Source: Phycisphaeraceae bacterium
GTDB taxonomy: Bacteria; Planctomycetota; Phycisphaerae; Phycisphaerales; Zrk34
Assembly (NCBI GenBank): GCA_040905565.1
Contig: JBBDRF010000063.1
Location: forward strand, 1-64,000
Direction of reading: 5' to 3'
DNA: 64,000 nucleotides
Shown: piece by piece, positions 28,273-38,511 of the stretch
Layout of the letters: the number at the start of each line of letters is the position of its first letter
How positions within the stretch are numbered: the first letter of the stretch is position 1
Notes under the pieces: model-generated
The model's database searches: none
What the model saw: only the letters and a program-made list of their open reading frames with translations
What the model was told of the DNA's origin: nothing
Program-made: the position numbers and the translations under genes

Positions 28273-31233
28273 ATGAATCTTCGTGAGATGCCCAGGCAGT
28301 TGCCGATCGTTCGTTTGCCGCAGCAGGTCGGCCTGCTCGTGATGTGGGCCCTGATGATGGGGCTCGCGTTCCCCCGGCCGAACCTCTGGCTCCTGGCGTA
28401 CGTGGCGCTGGTGCCGTTGACGCTGGTGGGGGTGCGTGGCAAGCCGATCGGCCGCGTGGTGGGGCTGACTTATGCCGTCGCGCTGGTGTGGTGGCTGGTG
28501 ATGGTGGCCTGGGTGAACCCGGTCACGATTCCGGGCCATCTCACGGTGTCCGCTTACTTTGCGGTGTATCCCGTCGCCTTCGTGCTGCTGATGCGGTTGA
28601 TCCATCGCCGTTTCGCCTGGCTTCCGTTTACGTTCACCGTTCCGCTGGTGTGGGTGGGGCTGGAGTATGTGCGGGGCTTGGTGATGACGGGGTTCCCGTG
28701 GTTTCTGCTGGGGCAGAGTCAGCCCACGTGGATCATCCAGATCGCGGACCTCGTCGGCACGTACGGCGTCTCTTTCTTCGTCGGCCTCACCAACGGCCTC
28801 GTCGCCGACATCCTCACCAAACCTCTCGTCCGCCCGCTCAGTACAAACATCCCCGATGTTCCCCCCAACAGTCGCAATAGGTGGGGGGCAAGGTGGGGGG
28901 GGCCGTTGCGGGGGCCTTTGTTTGTGTGGTCGTTCATTTTGGCGATGACGCTTGCTTACGGTTACTACCGCACGCTTGAAACGGACATTCTTGAGCAGCA
29001 GGCCCCTTCGCTTCGGGTTGCGGTGGTGCAGACGGATGTGCCGCAGGACAACAAAGCTTCGCCGACGGACGAGCAGGACATCGCGAATTTCCGGGAGATG
29101 CTTCGCCTCAGTGAGGAAGCGATGCAGAGCGATCCGCCGCCCGATCTGATCGTTTGGCCGGAGACGATGGTGCCGCGTGCGATCAACGATGAAGCGGTCG
29201 CGTTCTGGGAATCGCAGGGCACGTTTTACGCCGACTATCGCAAGCTGATTGAGCAGTTCGCTGCGGAGCATGACGTGGCGATGATGGTCGGCGCCCACGC
29301 CATGACCGACTGGCATACCGTCGAGCGAGGGGATGGCCGATACTGGGTCGCGGGCGATCGGTACAATGCTGCCTATCTCATTGAGCCGACGGGCGGCATC
29401 ACGGGGCGCTACGACAAACTGCACCGCGTGCCGTTCGGCGAGTACATGCCTTGGGTCGAGCATTGGCCGTTTTTGCAGGGGCTTGTCCTCAAACTCACGC
29501 CGCACGAGACGGACTACTCGCTTCGGCCGGGTGAGGCGTACACCAATTTCACCATTCAGCCCGGTGAGCGGGCGTGGCAGATTGCCGCCCCGATCTGTTT
29601 TGAGGACGTGGTCAGCTATGTGCCGCGCCGCATGGTGTGGCAGGATGATCGCAAAGCGGTCGATGTGCTGGTGAATCTCACGAACGATGGCTGGTTTGCC
29701 GGGACAGCTGAGGGCCCGCAGCACGAGCAGGTCGCACGCTTCCGGAGTGTGGAGAACCGCGTGCCGATGGCTCGGGCGGTGAATCGTGGCGTGAGTGGGT
29801 TCATCGACTCAGCGGGTAGAATACGTGGCCGAGTCGTGGTCGGCGGTGAAACTCAGGAAGTGGTCGGCACCGCGACGATGGACCTGAAGATGGATAATCG
29901 GACAACGGTCTTCCAGCGCACCGGCGACCTGTTCGCGGGTTTATGCCTTGCGGGGACGATCGTTCTGGCCTTGATCGCTGTTTCTGGAAGACTGTTCAGG
30001 GGGTCTAAAATGGACTCAAAACGTGCGACGACAACAACAACGGCAGCCACTGTGCTGGCCTGCATGATGACGCTCACCTTCGCCGCTGGGCCTGCCGGGG
30101 CTGGGGAGGTCGATTGGCCACGCACCGGTCCCGCGGACGTGCTCGTCGGCCCAGAGCCTCTACGGCTGGAAGATCAGAACGACGCGCCCAACCCCAACCC
30201 GCGCGGCCGGTCGAACGACGAGCAGCGTCAGCGGCAGGGCGAGCGGGCGGAGCAGCGGCCGGATAATCCACTGCCACGCAAGAGCGTCGAGGAAATCCAG
30301 GCGATGGACGCCCCGGCCCTGGAGCAGTTTCTCATCAAGATGCTGGTGCGGGCCTCGATGAGCGACCACCCAGCCTTGCGATCCAATGCGATCGAAGCCC
30401 TGCAGGAACGGCCGGACCGCGCGTTGCCGGTGACGCATCGGGCGCTGGGGGATGAGAACCCGGGCGTACGCTTCGCCGCTGCGGTGACCGCGGGGTTGCT
30501 GGAATTCGAGGACATCGCCCCCGCTCTCAGGCCGCTGCTGAAGGATGAGCACCCAGCGGTGCGGGCGGCGGCGCTTTCTTCGCTGCACAAGCTCGGCGAG
30601 CGGGTGAACCTGACGCCGCTGGCCGACCTGCTGCGATCGCGTGAGCCGGCGATGCGGGGGAACATGGCGATGCTGCTGGGCTTGATGGGCGACAAGAGCG
30701 CCGTGCCGATGTTGAAGCTTGCCGCGGTCGAGCCGATGCCGCGTGCCAGCGCCGCCGAGGCCGCCGTCGCACGGATCCAGATCGCCGAGGCCATCGCGAA
30801 GCTGGGGGACGACTCGGGCCTCAGTTCGCTGCGTGGCGGGGCGTACAGCCAGTTTGATGAGGTTCGCGTCGTCGCCATCATCGCGATGGGCGCGGTGGGG
30901 GACCGGCGTATGGAGGTGGGTTTCGAGAAGCTTCTGGAAGATCCGCCGATGGAAATTCAGCTCGCCGCTGCCGGCAGCCTCGCGCGGCTGGGCAACGTGG
31001 AGGGGCGGTCGATCGCGACGGAGCTGGCCGAGCACGAGAACCCCGTCATCCGAGCGCAGGCGGCGTGGGTACTCGGCTGGTTTGAAGATGTTGTGACGAT
31101 CGGCACGTTGAAAACCCTTCTCGCCGACGAGTCCGAGCAGGTCCGGCTGACTGCGGCGGCGTCGCTGTTACGGCGGCAACCGGCCGTGGCGACGCCACGA
31201 CCTGAGGAAAATACCGAGCAAAGAAATCCGTAA
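28273..31233 (+). CDS. lnt: Apolipoprotein N-acyltransferase fused in frame to a HEAT-repeat protein (second part from ATG 30010)
   Basis: GFPW.LLG.SQ, WPET, YDK...VPFGEY, ICFED (E-K-C triad), NDGWF; C-terminal repeats of LL.DE.P.VR.AA. Confidence 0.85.
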   Translation: MNLREMPRQLPIVRLPQQVGLLVMWALMMGLAFPRPNLWLLAYVALVPLTLVGVRGKPIGRVVGLTYAVALVWWLVMVAWVNPVTIPGHLTVSAYFAVYPVAFVLLMRLIHRRFAWLPFTFTVPLVWVGLEYVRGLVMTGFPWFLLGQSQPTWIIQIADLVGTYGVSFFVGLTNGLVADILTKPLVRPLSTNIPDVPPNSRNRWGARWGGPLRGPLFVWSFILAMTLAYGYYRTLETDILEQQAPSLRVAVVQTDVPQDNKASPTDEQDIANFREMLRLSEEAMQSDPPPDLIVWPETMVPRAINDEAVAFWESQGTFYADYRKLIEQFAAEHDVAMMVGAHAMTDWHTVERGDGRYWVAGDRYNAAYLIEPTGGITGRYDKLHRVPFGEYMPWVEHWPFLQGLVLKLTPHETDYSLRPGEAYTNFTIQPGERAWQIAAPICFEDVVSYVPRRMVWQDDRKAVDVLVNLTNDGWFAGTAEGPQHEQVARFRSVENRVPMARAVNRGVSGFIDSAGRIRGRVVVGGETQEVVGTATMDLKMDNRTTVFQRTGDLFAGLCLAGTIVLALIAVSGRLFRGSKMDSKRATTTTTAATVLACMMTLTFAAGPAGAGEVDWPRTGPADVLVGPEPLRLEDQNDAPNPNPRGRSNDEQRQRQGERAEQRPDNPLPRKSVEEIQAMDAPALEQFLIKMLVRASMSDHPALRSNAIEALQERPDRALPVTHRALGDENPGVRFAAAVTAGLLEFEDIAPALRPLLKDEHPAVRAAALSSLHKLGERVNLTPLADLLRSREPAMRGNMAMLLGLMGDKSAVPMLKLAAVEPMPRASAAEAAVARIQIAEAIAKLGDDSGLSSLRGGAYSQFDEVRVVAIIAMGAVGDRRMEVGFEKLLEDPPMEIQLAAAGSLARLGNVEGRSIATELAEHENPVIRAQAAWVLGWFEDVVTIGTLKTLLADESEQVRLTAAASLLRRQPAVATPRPEENTEQRNP

Positions 31234-31359
31234 AGAATTTGACACGCCCGCGCGTTTCCGGTACTTAAGACGTGCTAAGCGCGGTTAGGCCGGGCTAAGA
31301 AGTGGCAACGTAGTAATGGTTCGGCCGTTCAAAACTCTAAAGGCTCCTGGAGGCACCCC

Positions 31360-32220
31360 TTGAGCATTTTCAGCAAGATCTTCGTCGTGCTCGTAATGGT
31401 TCTTTCGGTCGTGCTGGTGGCGTTGATCGTCCCCTTCGCGATTAACACCGAAAATTATTACGACAAGTGGCAGTCTGAGGAAGCTCGGCGGCTCATCGCA
31501 GAGAACGCCCAGAGTAACCGCGAAGCCGAGTTCGCCCTCTCGCTCGATCGTGCCGAGCAGGAGAAAGACCGCCTGCGTCAGCAGGTGACCAGCCTCGAGA
31601 CGGACCTGGCCGCCCAGAACCGTCGCATGAACGATCAGCAGCGCACGATCATCGATCTTCAGAACAAGAACTCCGATGTCCGCTCGCAACTCGCCCGCCT
31701 CAGCAGCGGTGTCGATCAGCAAGCCCAGGTCAATGCGGTGCTTCAGGAAGAGGTCCGTGAGCGTCGCGAGGGCGAGATCCGCCTGCAGACTCAGGCCATC
31801 GAGATCGGCGACGCCCTGCGGGAACGCTCGACGCAGGTCGACACGCTCGCACGCCAGATTCGTCTGCTTAAAGAGCACAACACCGACCTCAGCCGTCAGA
31901 ACGAGGACCTCATGGCCCGCGTCGAGACCTCCTCCGGCCCGGAAGTGACCGAGGCGATGGACGGTGGCTTTGATCCGCAGACCGTCATCCGAGGCGGCGT
32001 CACGCATGTTCAGCAGATCGGCGATCAGACGTTCGTGGCCCTCAACGTCGGCAGCAACGACACCGTCCGCGAAGGCATGCGGTTCACCATCCACGATGGT
32101 GACACCTACCTCGGCGACACGGTCATCACGCAGGTTGATCAGAACACCGCCGCCGGTCGTGTGATCCTTAAGCGTGGCGACATCACCTCCAGCGCCAAGG
32201 TCGTGGCCGGCCTCCGCTAA
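31360..32220 (+). CDS. Membrane-anchored coiled-coil hypothetical protein with a C-terminal beta-rich domain
   Basis: TTG start with SD ggagg; N-terminal TM, long heptad region, VALNVGSNDTVREGMRF. Confidence 0.75.
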   Translation: MSIFSKIFVVLVMVLSVVLVALIVPFAINTENYYDKWQSEEARRLIAENAQSNREAEFALSLDRAEQEKDRLRQQVTSLETDLAAQNRRMNDQQRTIIDLQNKNSDVRSQLARLSSGVDQQAQVNAVLQEEVRERREGEIRLQTQAIEIGDALRERSTQVDTLARQIRLLKEHNTDLSRQNEDLMARVETSSGPEVTEAMDGGFDPQTVIRGGVTHVQQIGDQTFVALNVGSNDTVREGMRFTIHDGDTYLGDTVITQVDQNTAAGRVILKRGDITSSAKVVAGLR

Positions 32221-32347
32221 AGAGGTCGCCGATCAGGCCTTCTACATGACGTCCGCCGTGCGTGGCCGCAGGGCCAGGGTGGTGCGAGGCGTCCGCAAAT
32301 CGACCAAGTCCCTGTCGGCGAATGTGCCGACGCGACGGGAGCAGATC

Positions 32348-32521
32348 ATGTCTGAAAACATCAGCGACTCCAACGGCATCTTCAATGTTCTGATCATCGT
32401 CGCGTTCGTCGCGCTGCTCGTGGGCGTCATCGTGATGTGGTCAACCAACGCCTCGCTCTTCGGCCCCGCGCTCGAAGATCTCGCGGGCGGCATGAAGAAC
32501 CCCTTCGGCATCGTCGACTGA
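32348..32521 (+). CDS. Small single-TM hypothetical protein (57 aa)
   Basis: SD ggag, hydrophobic IFNVLIIVAFVALLVGVIVMW, codon usage like neighbouring genes. Confidence 0.65.
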   Translation: MSENISDSNGIFNVLIIVAFVALLVGVIVMWSTNASLFGPALEDLAGGMKNPFGIVD

Positions 32522-32552
32522 GTGATCCCTCCAATGCGGCTCCGCTTCAAAA

Positions 32553-32576
32553 ACGAGCCGCGACGGTGAGGGAACG
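32553..32576 (+). repeat. Degenerate REP-like family A copy
   Basis: acgagccgcgacggtgagggaacg. Confidence 0.55.
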
Positions 32577-32954
32577 TTCGGCTCAACGCCAGAGCAACAC
32601 TGGGTGGTACGGTCCGGCCCACCTTCGTCTGTATCGATTCTCCTACGTGCACCTCGAACGTCGCTACGGTGCGGCAGAGCACGACGACCACTTACCGGCG
32701 TACGTAATACGAAGCCCGATGCGGCGGTTCGGCGCGTTCGCGTCGTTGGCGTGTTTTCCACATGAGGACGTGCAACCATCGGTCGTGCAATCGCTCCGAA
32801 TCACACCCTTGCGTGCGGGGCGAATGCGGGTAGGATGCCATCATTCGATCAGGTTGCCAGCGAATGTCGCTGGTTTCGGCTGTGGCGCGGTCGGCGCGTC
32901 TTCAAGCGGCCATCTCCACCACCCCGCGATGCGTGAGTAAGAAAGTAGACGGCG

Positions 32955-34004
32955 TTGATTGACGGCCTGCTAGGTTGGTTCAGCATCGACATGGGCATCG
33001 ATCTGGGCACGTGCAACACGCTGGTTTGCGTGCGCGGGGAGGGCATTGTGCTTAATGAGCCCTCGGTGGTGGCCGTGGTGAAGAACACCAACCGCGTGCT
33101 GAACAACGGCAACGCGGTCGGTGCCGTCGCCAAGGAAATGCTCGGCAAGACGCCGGGCTCGATCACCGCGATCAGACCCCTCAAAGACGGCGTCATCAGC
33201 GACTTCGAAATCACCGAAGCGATGATGTCCTACTTCATCCGCAAGGTTCAGGGCCGTACGCGGTTCATCGGACCGCGGGTGGTGATCTCGATTCCCTCAG
33301 GCATCACGGCGGTCGAGAAGCGAGCGGTGCTCGAATCGGCCGAGCGGGCCGGGGCAAGGCGGGTTTACCTCGTTGAAGAGCCGATGGCGGCAGGCATCGG
33401 GGCCGGGCTGCCGATCGCTGAGGCCACGGCGAGCATGATCGTGGACATCGGCGGCGGCACGACGGAGGTCGCCATCATGTCGCTGGCGGACATCGCCGAG
33501 TGCACCAGCGTCCGCGTGGCGGGTGATGATTTCGACGAAGCGATCATCAACCACATGAAAAAGACGTACAACCTGATGGTCGGCGAGCAGACGGCCGAAC
33601 GCATCAAGATCGAGATCGGCTCGGCGGCCCCGCTCGAAGAAGAGCGCACCATGGAGGTCCGCGGCCGGGACATGATCAGCGGCCTGCCTCGCAAGACCGT
33701 GGTCACCAGCGAAGAAATCCGCGATGCTTTGCAAGAGCCCCTCACCTCCATCATCAGTGCGGTGACGCGCACGCTGGAACGGGCAGAGCCTGAACTTGCT
33801 GCGGACCTTGTCGACAACGGCATCTGCCTCGCGGGCGGCGGGGCGCTGCTGCGGGGCATTGCAGAAATCATGTCCAATGCGACGGGGCTGGAGACGCGCA
33901 TTGCTGAGGATCCGCTCACTTGCGTCGCTCGGGGGACGAGCATCTATCTGGAAAACATCGAAGAATGGAAGAAGACGCTTGAGAGCGACTTCGATGACGG
34001 TTGA
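32955..34004 (+). CDS. mreB: Rod shape-determining protein MreB
   Basis: GIDLGT.NT, NEPSVVA, RPLKDGVI, EEPMAAGIG, DIGGGTT, GGGALL. Confidence 0.97.
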   Translation: MIDGLLGWFSIDMGIDLGTCNTLVCVRGEGIVLNEPSVVAVVKNTNRVLNNGNAVGAVAKEMLGKTPGSITAIRPLKDGVISDFEITEAMMSYFIRKVQGRTRFIGPRVVISIPSGITAVEKRAVLESAERAGARRVYLVEEPMAAGIGAGLPIAEATASMIVDIGGGTTEVAIMSLADIAECTSVRVAGDDFDEAIINHMKKTYNLMVGEQTAERIKIEIGSAAPLEEERTMEVRGRDMISGLPRKTVVTSEEIRDALQEPLTSIISAVTRTLERAEPELAADLVDNGICLAGGGALLRGIAEIMSNATGLETRIAEDPLTCVARGTSIYLENIEEWKKTLESDFDDG

Positions 34005-34110
34005 CCCTGCCCACTTGGCCGTTCGAACTTCCCGTTCGCGACCTGCTGCGTGCGCTCGTGAGCCCGTGGTGACATCAGGGCGGGGCGTGCGGACGAAGGC
34101 GAGGTCCTGA

Positions 34111-35010
34111 ATGGCCTCACCCAATGTGACATTTCGGCGTGTGATGATCGCGGTCGTGGTCGTACTGTTCGTGCTGGCGCTGCTACCACACCGGTATAGC
34201 GGTTACGGAAGTCTGCTGAATTCGGTGACGGGGACGCTGTTGTCGGTGGTGAGCAAGCCGATGAATTCGCTCTCCTCCGCACTGCGGCAGCGGTACGATC
34301 AACCGGAACTCGGCACGGAACAGGAACTCAGCGAACGCGTGCTCGAACTACGCGGCCAAGTGATGGCGCTGGAGCAACGCGAACGCGATCTTGAACGGGC
34401 GGTGGCGGAATTGCAGGGCCTGCGCAGGCGGCAGGGCGATTCGTACGTGCATCGGCGCGCGGCGGTGGTCGGCCGCGGCAGCGACCCGGCAGGCGGCATG
34501 CTTCAACTGAACATCGGGACACGGCACGGCCTCCGCGTTGGGATGCCTGCCGTCCAAGGCGCCAGCGTGGTGGGGCGGATCACACAGGCGGGGCCGACCA
34601 GCAGCACACTGGGTTTACTGACGACGCCGGGTTCGCTGGTGGAGGTGGTGACGGTGTCGGAGGGGCCGGGGGCAACGGGCGGACGTCGCGCGCGGCTGCT
34701 GCTGGAGGCGACGGCGGGGCCTCAGCTGATCGCGAACCAGGTGGATCGGCAGCTGCCGACGGAGGCGGGGGATTTCGCGAGGCTGATGGATGAGACGTGG
34801 CCGGAATCGGTGCAGGGGATGCTGGTGGGGCGGGTGGTGGCGGTGGAGGAGGATGCGGACGATCCGCTGCTCAAGCGTGTGGGCGTTCGGCCGTTGCGGT
34901 CGCTGCGTGATCTGGATTCGGTGATCGTGATCGTCCCGCGTGACATGACCGAGGAGGCGACGCCGGAGCTGGAACTGGGGCAGGGGAGCGTGGGGGAGGG
35001 CGTGCGATGA
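34111..35010 (+). CDS. mreC: Rod shape-determining protein MreC
   Basis: N-terminal TM, coiled coil, LNIG...G...GMP, VVGRI; follows mreB. Confidence 0.8.
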   Translation: MASPNVTFRRVMIAVVVVLFVLALLPHRYSGYGSLLNSVTGTLLSVVSKPMNSLSSALRQRYDQPELGTEQELSERVLELRGQVMALEQRERDLERAVAELQGLRRRQGDSYVHRRAAVVGRGSDPAGGMLQLNIGTRHGLRVGMPAVQGASVVGRITQAGPTSSTLGLLTTPGSLVEVVTVSEGPGATGGRRARLLLEATAGPQLIANQVDRQLPTEAGDFARLMDETWPESVQGMLVGRVVAVEEDADDPLLKRVGVRPLRSLRDLDSVIVIVPRDMTEEATPELELGQGSVGEGVR

Positions 35011-35570
35011 AGTGGCCGATCTTCGCGATTGCGGTTTATGTGCTGGTGGCACTGCAGGTGTCGCTGGCCTCGGCGATGCGCTTCGAGACGGCGGGGGGCG
35101 TGGTCGAGCCGATGTTCATGTTGGCGTTGCTGGTGTTCGTGGGATTGAGTGCGACGCCTCGCGTGGTAGTGGTGGCTGCGGTGGTGATGGGCGTCGTGCT
35201 GGATGCGACGATGGTCTGGCCGATGGCGGACGGGCGAGGCATGACGGTGCTGGGGCCGTTCGCGCTGGGGTACCTGGCGGGCGGCGTGGCGCTGCTTCAG
35301 ATTCGCCCGATGGTGTTCCGTCAGCATCCGTTGGCTTACGCCGTGATGATTCTTTTCGCGGGGTTTGCGGTACAGCTGGTGGTGGTGGGGCTGTTTTCGG
35401 TTCGCATCTGGTACGACCCGATGGCGGATTTCGCCCCGGCTTCGCAGCTCTTCCTGCGCACGCTGTCGGTGTTTTACAGCGCCGTGGTGGGGGCGCTGCT
35501 GAGCGTGCCGTTGGTCGCAGCATCGTCGGTGTTCGGCTTCACGACGACCAAGGTCGGCCGGCGGCGGTGA
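35007..35570 (+). CDS. mreD: MreD-like membrane protein
   Basis: About five TM segments, G.VLD motif, ATGA overlap with mreC. Confidence 0.65.
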   Translation: MKWPIFAIAVYVLVALQVSLASAMRFETAGGVVEPMFMLALLVFVGLSATPRVVVVAAVVMGVVLDATMVWPMADGRGMTVLGPFALGYLAGGVALLQIRPMVFRQHPLAYAVMILFAGFAVQLVVVGLFSVRIWYDPMADFAPASQLFLRTLSVFYSAVVGALLSVPLVAASSVFGFTTTKVGRRR

Positions 35571-35641
35571 GATTTAGCGATCGAGTCGGTCGCCTGCCGT
35601 GGTAGGATCGTGACGGTCTTCACCTGTCCGGAGCGATTGCC

Positions 35642-36991
35642 ATGTTGATGGATGCGATGCCTCTGCGTCTTCTGCTGTGCGCGATGCTGCTGTTTTTGCC
35701 TGCGTGTTCGCCTGCTGTTGATACCGATGCGGCGGAGGGTGGCGATGCCGGCGTGGCGGAGATTCCCCTCGGACCTGGCATCGTGGCGGAACGTCCTGGC
35801 CCTGCGGATTTGCCGGCGAACGCGCAGGTGGTGGCCCTCCCCGGCGGGGGGTACATGGTGCCTTACGAAGCGGAAATCCCCGGCTTCGGCGTCACCTATC
35901 ACATGACGCCCGTCCCCGGCGGCACCTTCACCATGGGCAGCCCGCCCGACGAACCCGGCCGAAACGACGACGAGGGCCCGCAATTCACCGTCGAAGTCGA
36001 ACCGTTCTGGATGGGCACGTATGAAGTGACCTTCGCGGAATACCGGACATTCACGGACATGTACAACATGTTCAAGCAGATTGAGCCGCGCCGATCCGGC
36101 GGCTTGGACGCCCCCGCGATCCCGGAAGAGATGCAGGCCGATGCCGTGACGATCCCGACGCCTGTGTATGCGCCGAAAGAACGATTCGCATTGGGGGACG
36201 ACGATGATCATCCGATCCCGTCGATGACACATTATGCCGCCCGGCAGTACACCAAGTGGCTCAGCAAGTTGACCGGGCGTTTCTATCGGCTGCCGACGGA
36301 GGCGGAGTGGGAGTACGCCGCCCGGGCCGGGACCACAACCGCGTGGAGTTTCGGCGACGACGAGGATCGGCTGGCGGATTTCGCGAATGATTACGACCCC
36401 ATCCGGGCCGAGCTAAACATGGTCGGCTCGCTCAGGCCGAACGCGTGGGGCCTGTACGATATGCACGGGAACGTCGGGGAGTGGGTTTTCGATCAGTATG
36501 ATCCGGAACATTACAGCCGCTTCGAGGGGCGCGGCGTGGTGCCTTGGCAGGATGCGATCAACTGGCCGACCGAAACCTATCCGGTGGTGGTGCGCGGCGG
36601 ATCATTATATAGCTATCCGGATGAGACGCGGAGCGCCTCCCGCTTGGCAAGCGAACGTGTGGAGTGGAACATGTATGATCCAAATCTCCCGAAAAGCCCC
36701 TGGTGGTTGGGCGACTGGTGGGATTACAGCATGGTCGGTTTCCGCATCATCAGACCACTGCGCGAGCCGGACGAGGATGAGCAGCATCGTTTCTGGGGAT
36801 CGCGTGAACAGGATTTGCCGGAAGATCTATGGTTAGACCTTGGCGACAGACTTTGGGGAGGGCGCGGAACGGTCGGCATCGTCGACGAGAACCTGCCCGA
36901 ACGGCTGGAGCAGTGGAACGAAGTACAGGGAGACTGGCGTAAAGAGCGGGACCTGCTGAATCAGTGGCAGGAAGAGAAGCAGCAGGAGTGA
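35642..36991 (+). CDS. FGE-sulfatase (formylglycine-generating enzyme-like) domain lipoprotein
   Basis: Lipobox-like LPAC; GGTFTMGS, RLPTEAEWEYAAR, PNAWGLYDMHGNV.EW, VGFR. Confidence 0.88.
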   Translation: MLMDAMPLRLLLCAMLLFLPACSPAVDTDAAEGGDAGVAEIPLGPGIVAERPGPADLPANAQVVALPGGGYMVPYEAEIPGFGVTYHMTPVPGGTFTMGSPPDEPGRNDDEGPQFTVEVEPFWMGTYEVTFAEYRTFTDMYNMFKQIEPRRSGGLDAPAIPEEMQADAVTIPTPVYAPKERFALGDDDDHPIPSMTHYAARQYTKWLSKLTGRFYRLPTEAEWEYAARAGTTTAWSFGDDEDRLADFANDYDPIRAELNMVGSLRPNAWGLYDMHGNVGEWVFDQYDPEHYSRFEGRGVVPWQDAINWPTETYPVVVRGGSLYSYPDETRSASRLASERVEWNMYDPNLPKSPWWLGDWWDYSMVGFRIIRPLREPDEDEQHRFWGSREQDLPEDLWLDLGDRLWGGRGTVGIVDENLPERLEQWNEVQGDWRKERDLLNQWQEEKQQE

Positions 36992-37126
36992 CCTACGCGG
37001 GGGCCTAAAACGAAAAAGTCGTTGGTGCGCGGGATTGCGTCTTGTATACTATCTTGAGTCATCTTTCTATGTTGTTTCGATAAAGGCGTTTAAGGATTCT
37101 GTGCGGGGGCGGAGCAATTCTTCACG

Positions 37127-38458
37127 ATGGAGTCACCCATGGACAGCGGCAATTCCACGCGGCGTCGGTTCATGCTGGATTCAGCGGCGGTTGTGTCGGC
37201 GGCGTCGGTGCATGCGGCGGTGGCGTCACGCAGTTATGCGGCCGGCGACGAAACGTTGCGGGTGGGCGTGGTCGGCTGCGGCGGCCGGGGGACGGGGTCG
37301 GCTGTGCAGGCGCTCACGGCGGACGCGAACGTTCAGATTGTGGCGCTGGGGGATGTGTTTGAGGATCGGCTGGAGAACAGCCTGGCCGTCCTCGATCGCC
37401 ATACCAAGACGACGGACGCGGGCGTGAAGCACAGCGATGAGCTTGCGAAGCGGGTGAACGTTCCGCCGGAGCAACGTTTCGTCGGGTTCGATGCGTACAA
37501 GCAGGTGATCGATCTTGTTGATGTGGTGATCCTGACGACGCCGCCGCACTTTCGGCCCGAGCAGCTGGCGTATGCGGTGAAGCAGGGAAAGCATGTGTTT
37601 GCGGAGAAGCCGGTCGCCACCGATTCCGCGGGCGTTCGGCTCGCGCTGGAAGCATGCAAAGAAGCGAAGCGGAAGAATCTTTCGGTCGTGGCGGGCCTCT
37701 GCTGGCGGTATCACCTGCCACGCATCGAAACGATGCGACAGGTGCGTGAGGAGGGCCTCATCGGCGAGCCGGTGGCCATTGAGACGGTGTACAACGTGGG
37801 CGGCGTCTGGGGCCCGCGGCGACGGCCTGAGCAGGTCGAATCGGAGATGGAACTGCAACTGCGGAACTGGTACTACTACAAGTGGCTCAGCGGCGATCAC
37901 ATCGTCGAGCAGGCGGTGCATGCGCTGGACACGATGGGGTGGGTCATGCGGGACGAGCCGCCTGTGCAGTGCTGGGGCGTCGGTGGCCGGCAGGTGCGAA
38001 CGGACCCGCAGCACGGCGACATCTACGACCATTTCTCACTGGTCTTCGAGTACGCCAACGGCACCCGCGGCTACCACCAGTGTCGGCAGTGGCCGGGCGC
38101 GCGGTTCAACCAGATCAACGACTACGTCTTCGGCAGCAAGGGCACGTGCGATGTGTGGCGGCACAATATCAAAGGTGCGGTGGACTGGCAGTACGACGGC
38201 CCCGACAAGAACATGTATCAGCACGAGCAGGACGAACTGTTCGCTTCGATCCGTTCGGGCAATCCGATCAATGACGGCAAGCACATGTGCTACAGCACGC
38301 TGCTGGCGATCATGGGTCGGATGGCTGCTTACACCGGCGACCGCATCACGTGGGAGATGGTCATGAATTCCGAGCAGCGCCTTGGCCCCGAAAAGTACGC
38401 ATGGGGCGACGCGCCGGAGGTGGTCGTCGCCAAGCCGGGCGTGACGAAGTATCACTGA
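37127..38458 (+). CDS. Tat-exported Gfo/Idh/MocA oxidoreductase
   Basis: STRRRFM Tat motif; VGCGGRG, TPPHFR, EKP, GDHIVEQ.VH.LD. Confidence 0.88.
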   Translation: MESPMDSGNSTRRRFMLDSAAVVSAASVHAAVASRSYAAGDETLRVGVVGCGGRGTGSAVQALTADANVQIVALGDVFEDRLENSLAVLDRHTKTTDAGVKHSDELAKRVNVPPEQRFVGFDAYKQVIDLVDVVILTTPPHFRPEQLAYAVKQGKHVFAEKPVATDSAGVRLALEACKEAKRKNLSVVAGLCWRYHLPRIETMRQVREEGLIGEPVAIETVYNVGGVWGPRRRPEQVESEMELQLRNWYYYKWLSGDHIVEQAVHALDTMGWVMRDEPPVQCWGVGGRQVRTDPQHGDIYDHFSLVFEYANGTRGYHQCRQWPGARFNQINDYVFGSKGTCDVWRHNIKGAVDWQYDGPDKNMYQHEQDELFASIRSGNPINDGKHMCYSTLLAIMGRMAAYTGDRITWEMVMNSEQRLGPEKYAWGDAPEVVVAKPGVTKYH

Positions 38459-38511
38459 GTGCGGGGCGCGGGGGGGCGGGGCGGCGGTGAAATCGGATGT
38501 CGTCACATCAC

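Noticed and set aside
32580..32954. ncRNA or small ORF upstream of mreB
   Set aside because: No convincing stems, motifs or coding signal seen
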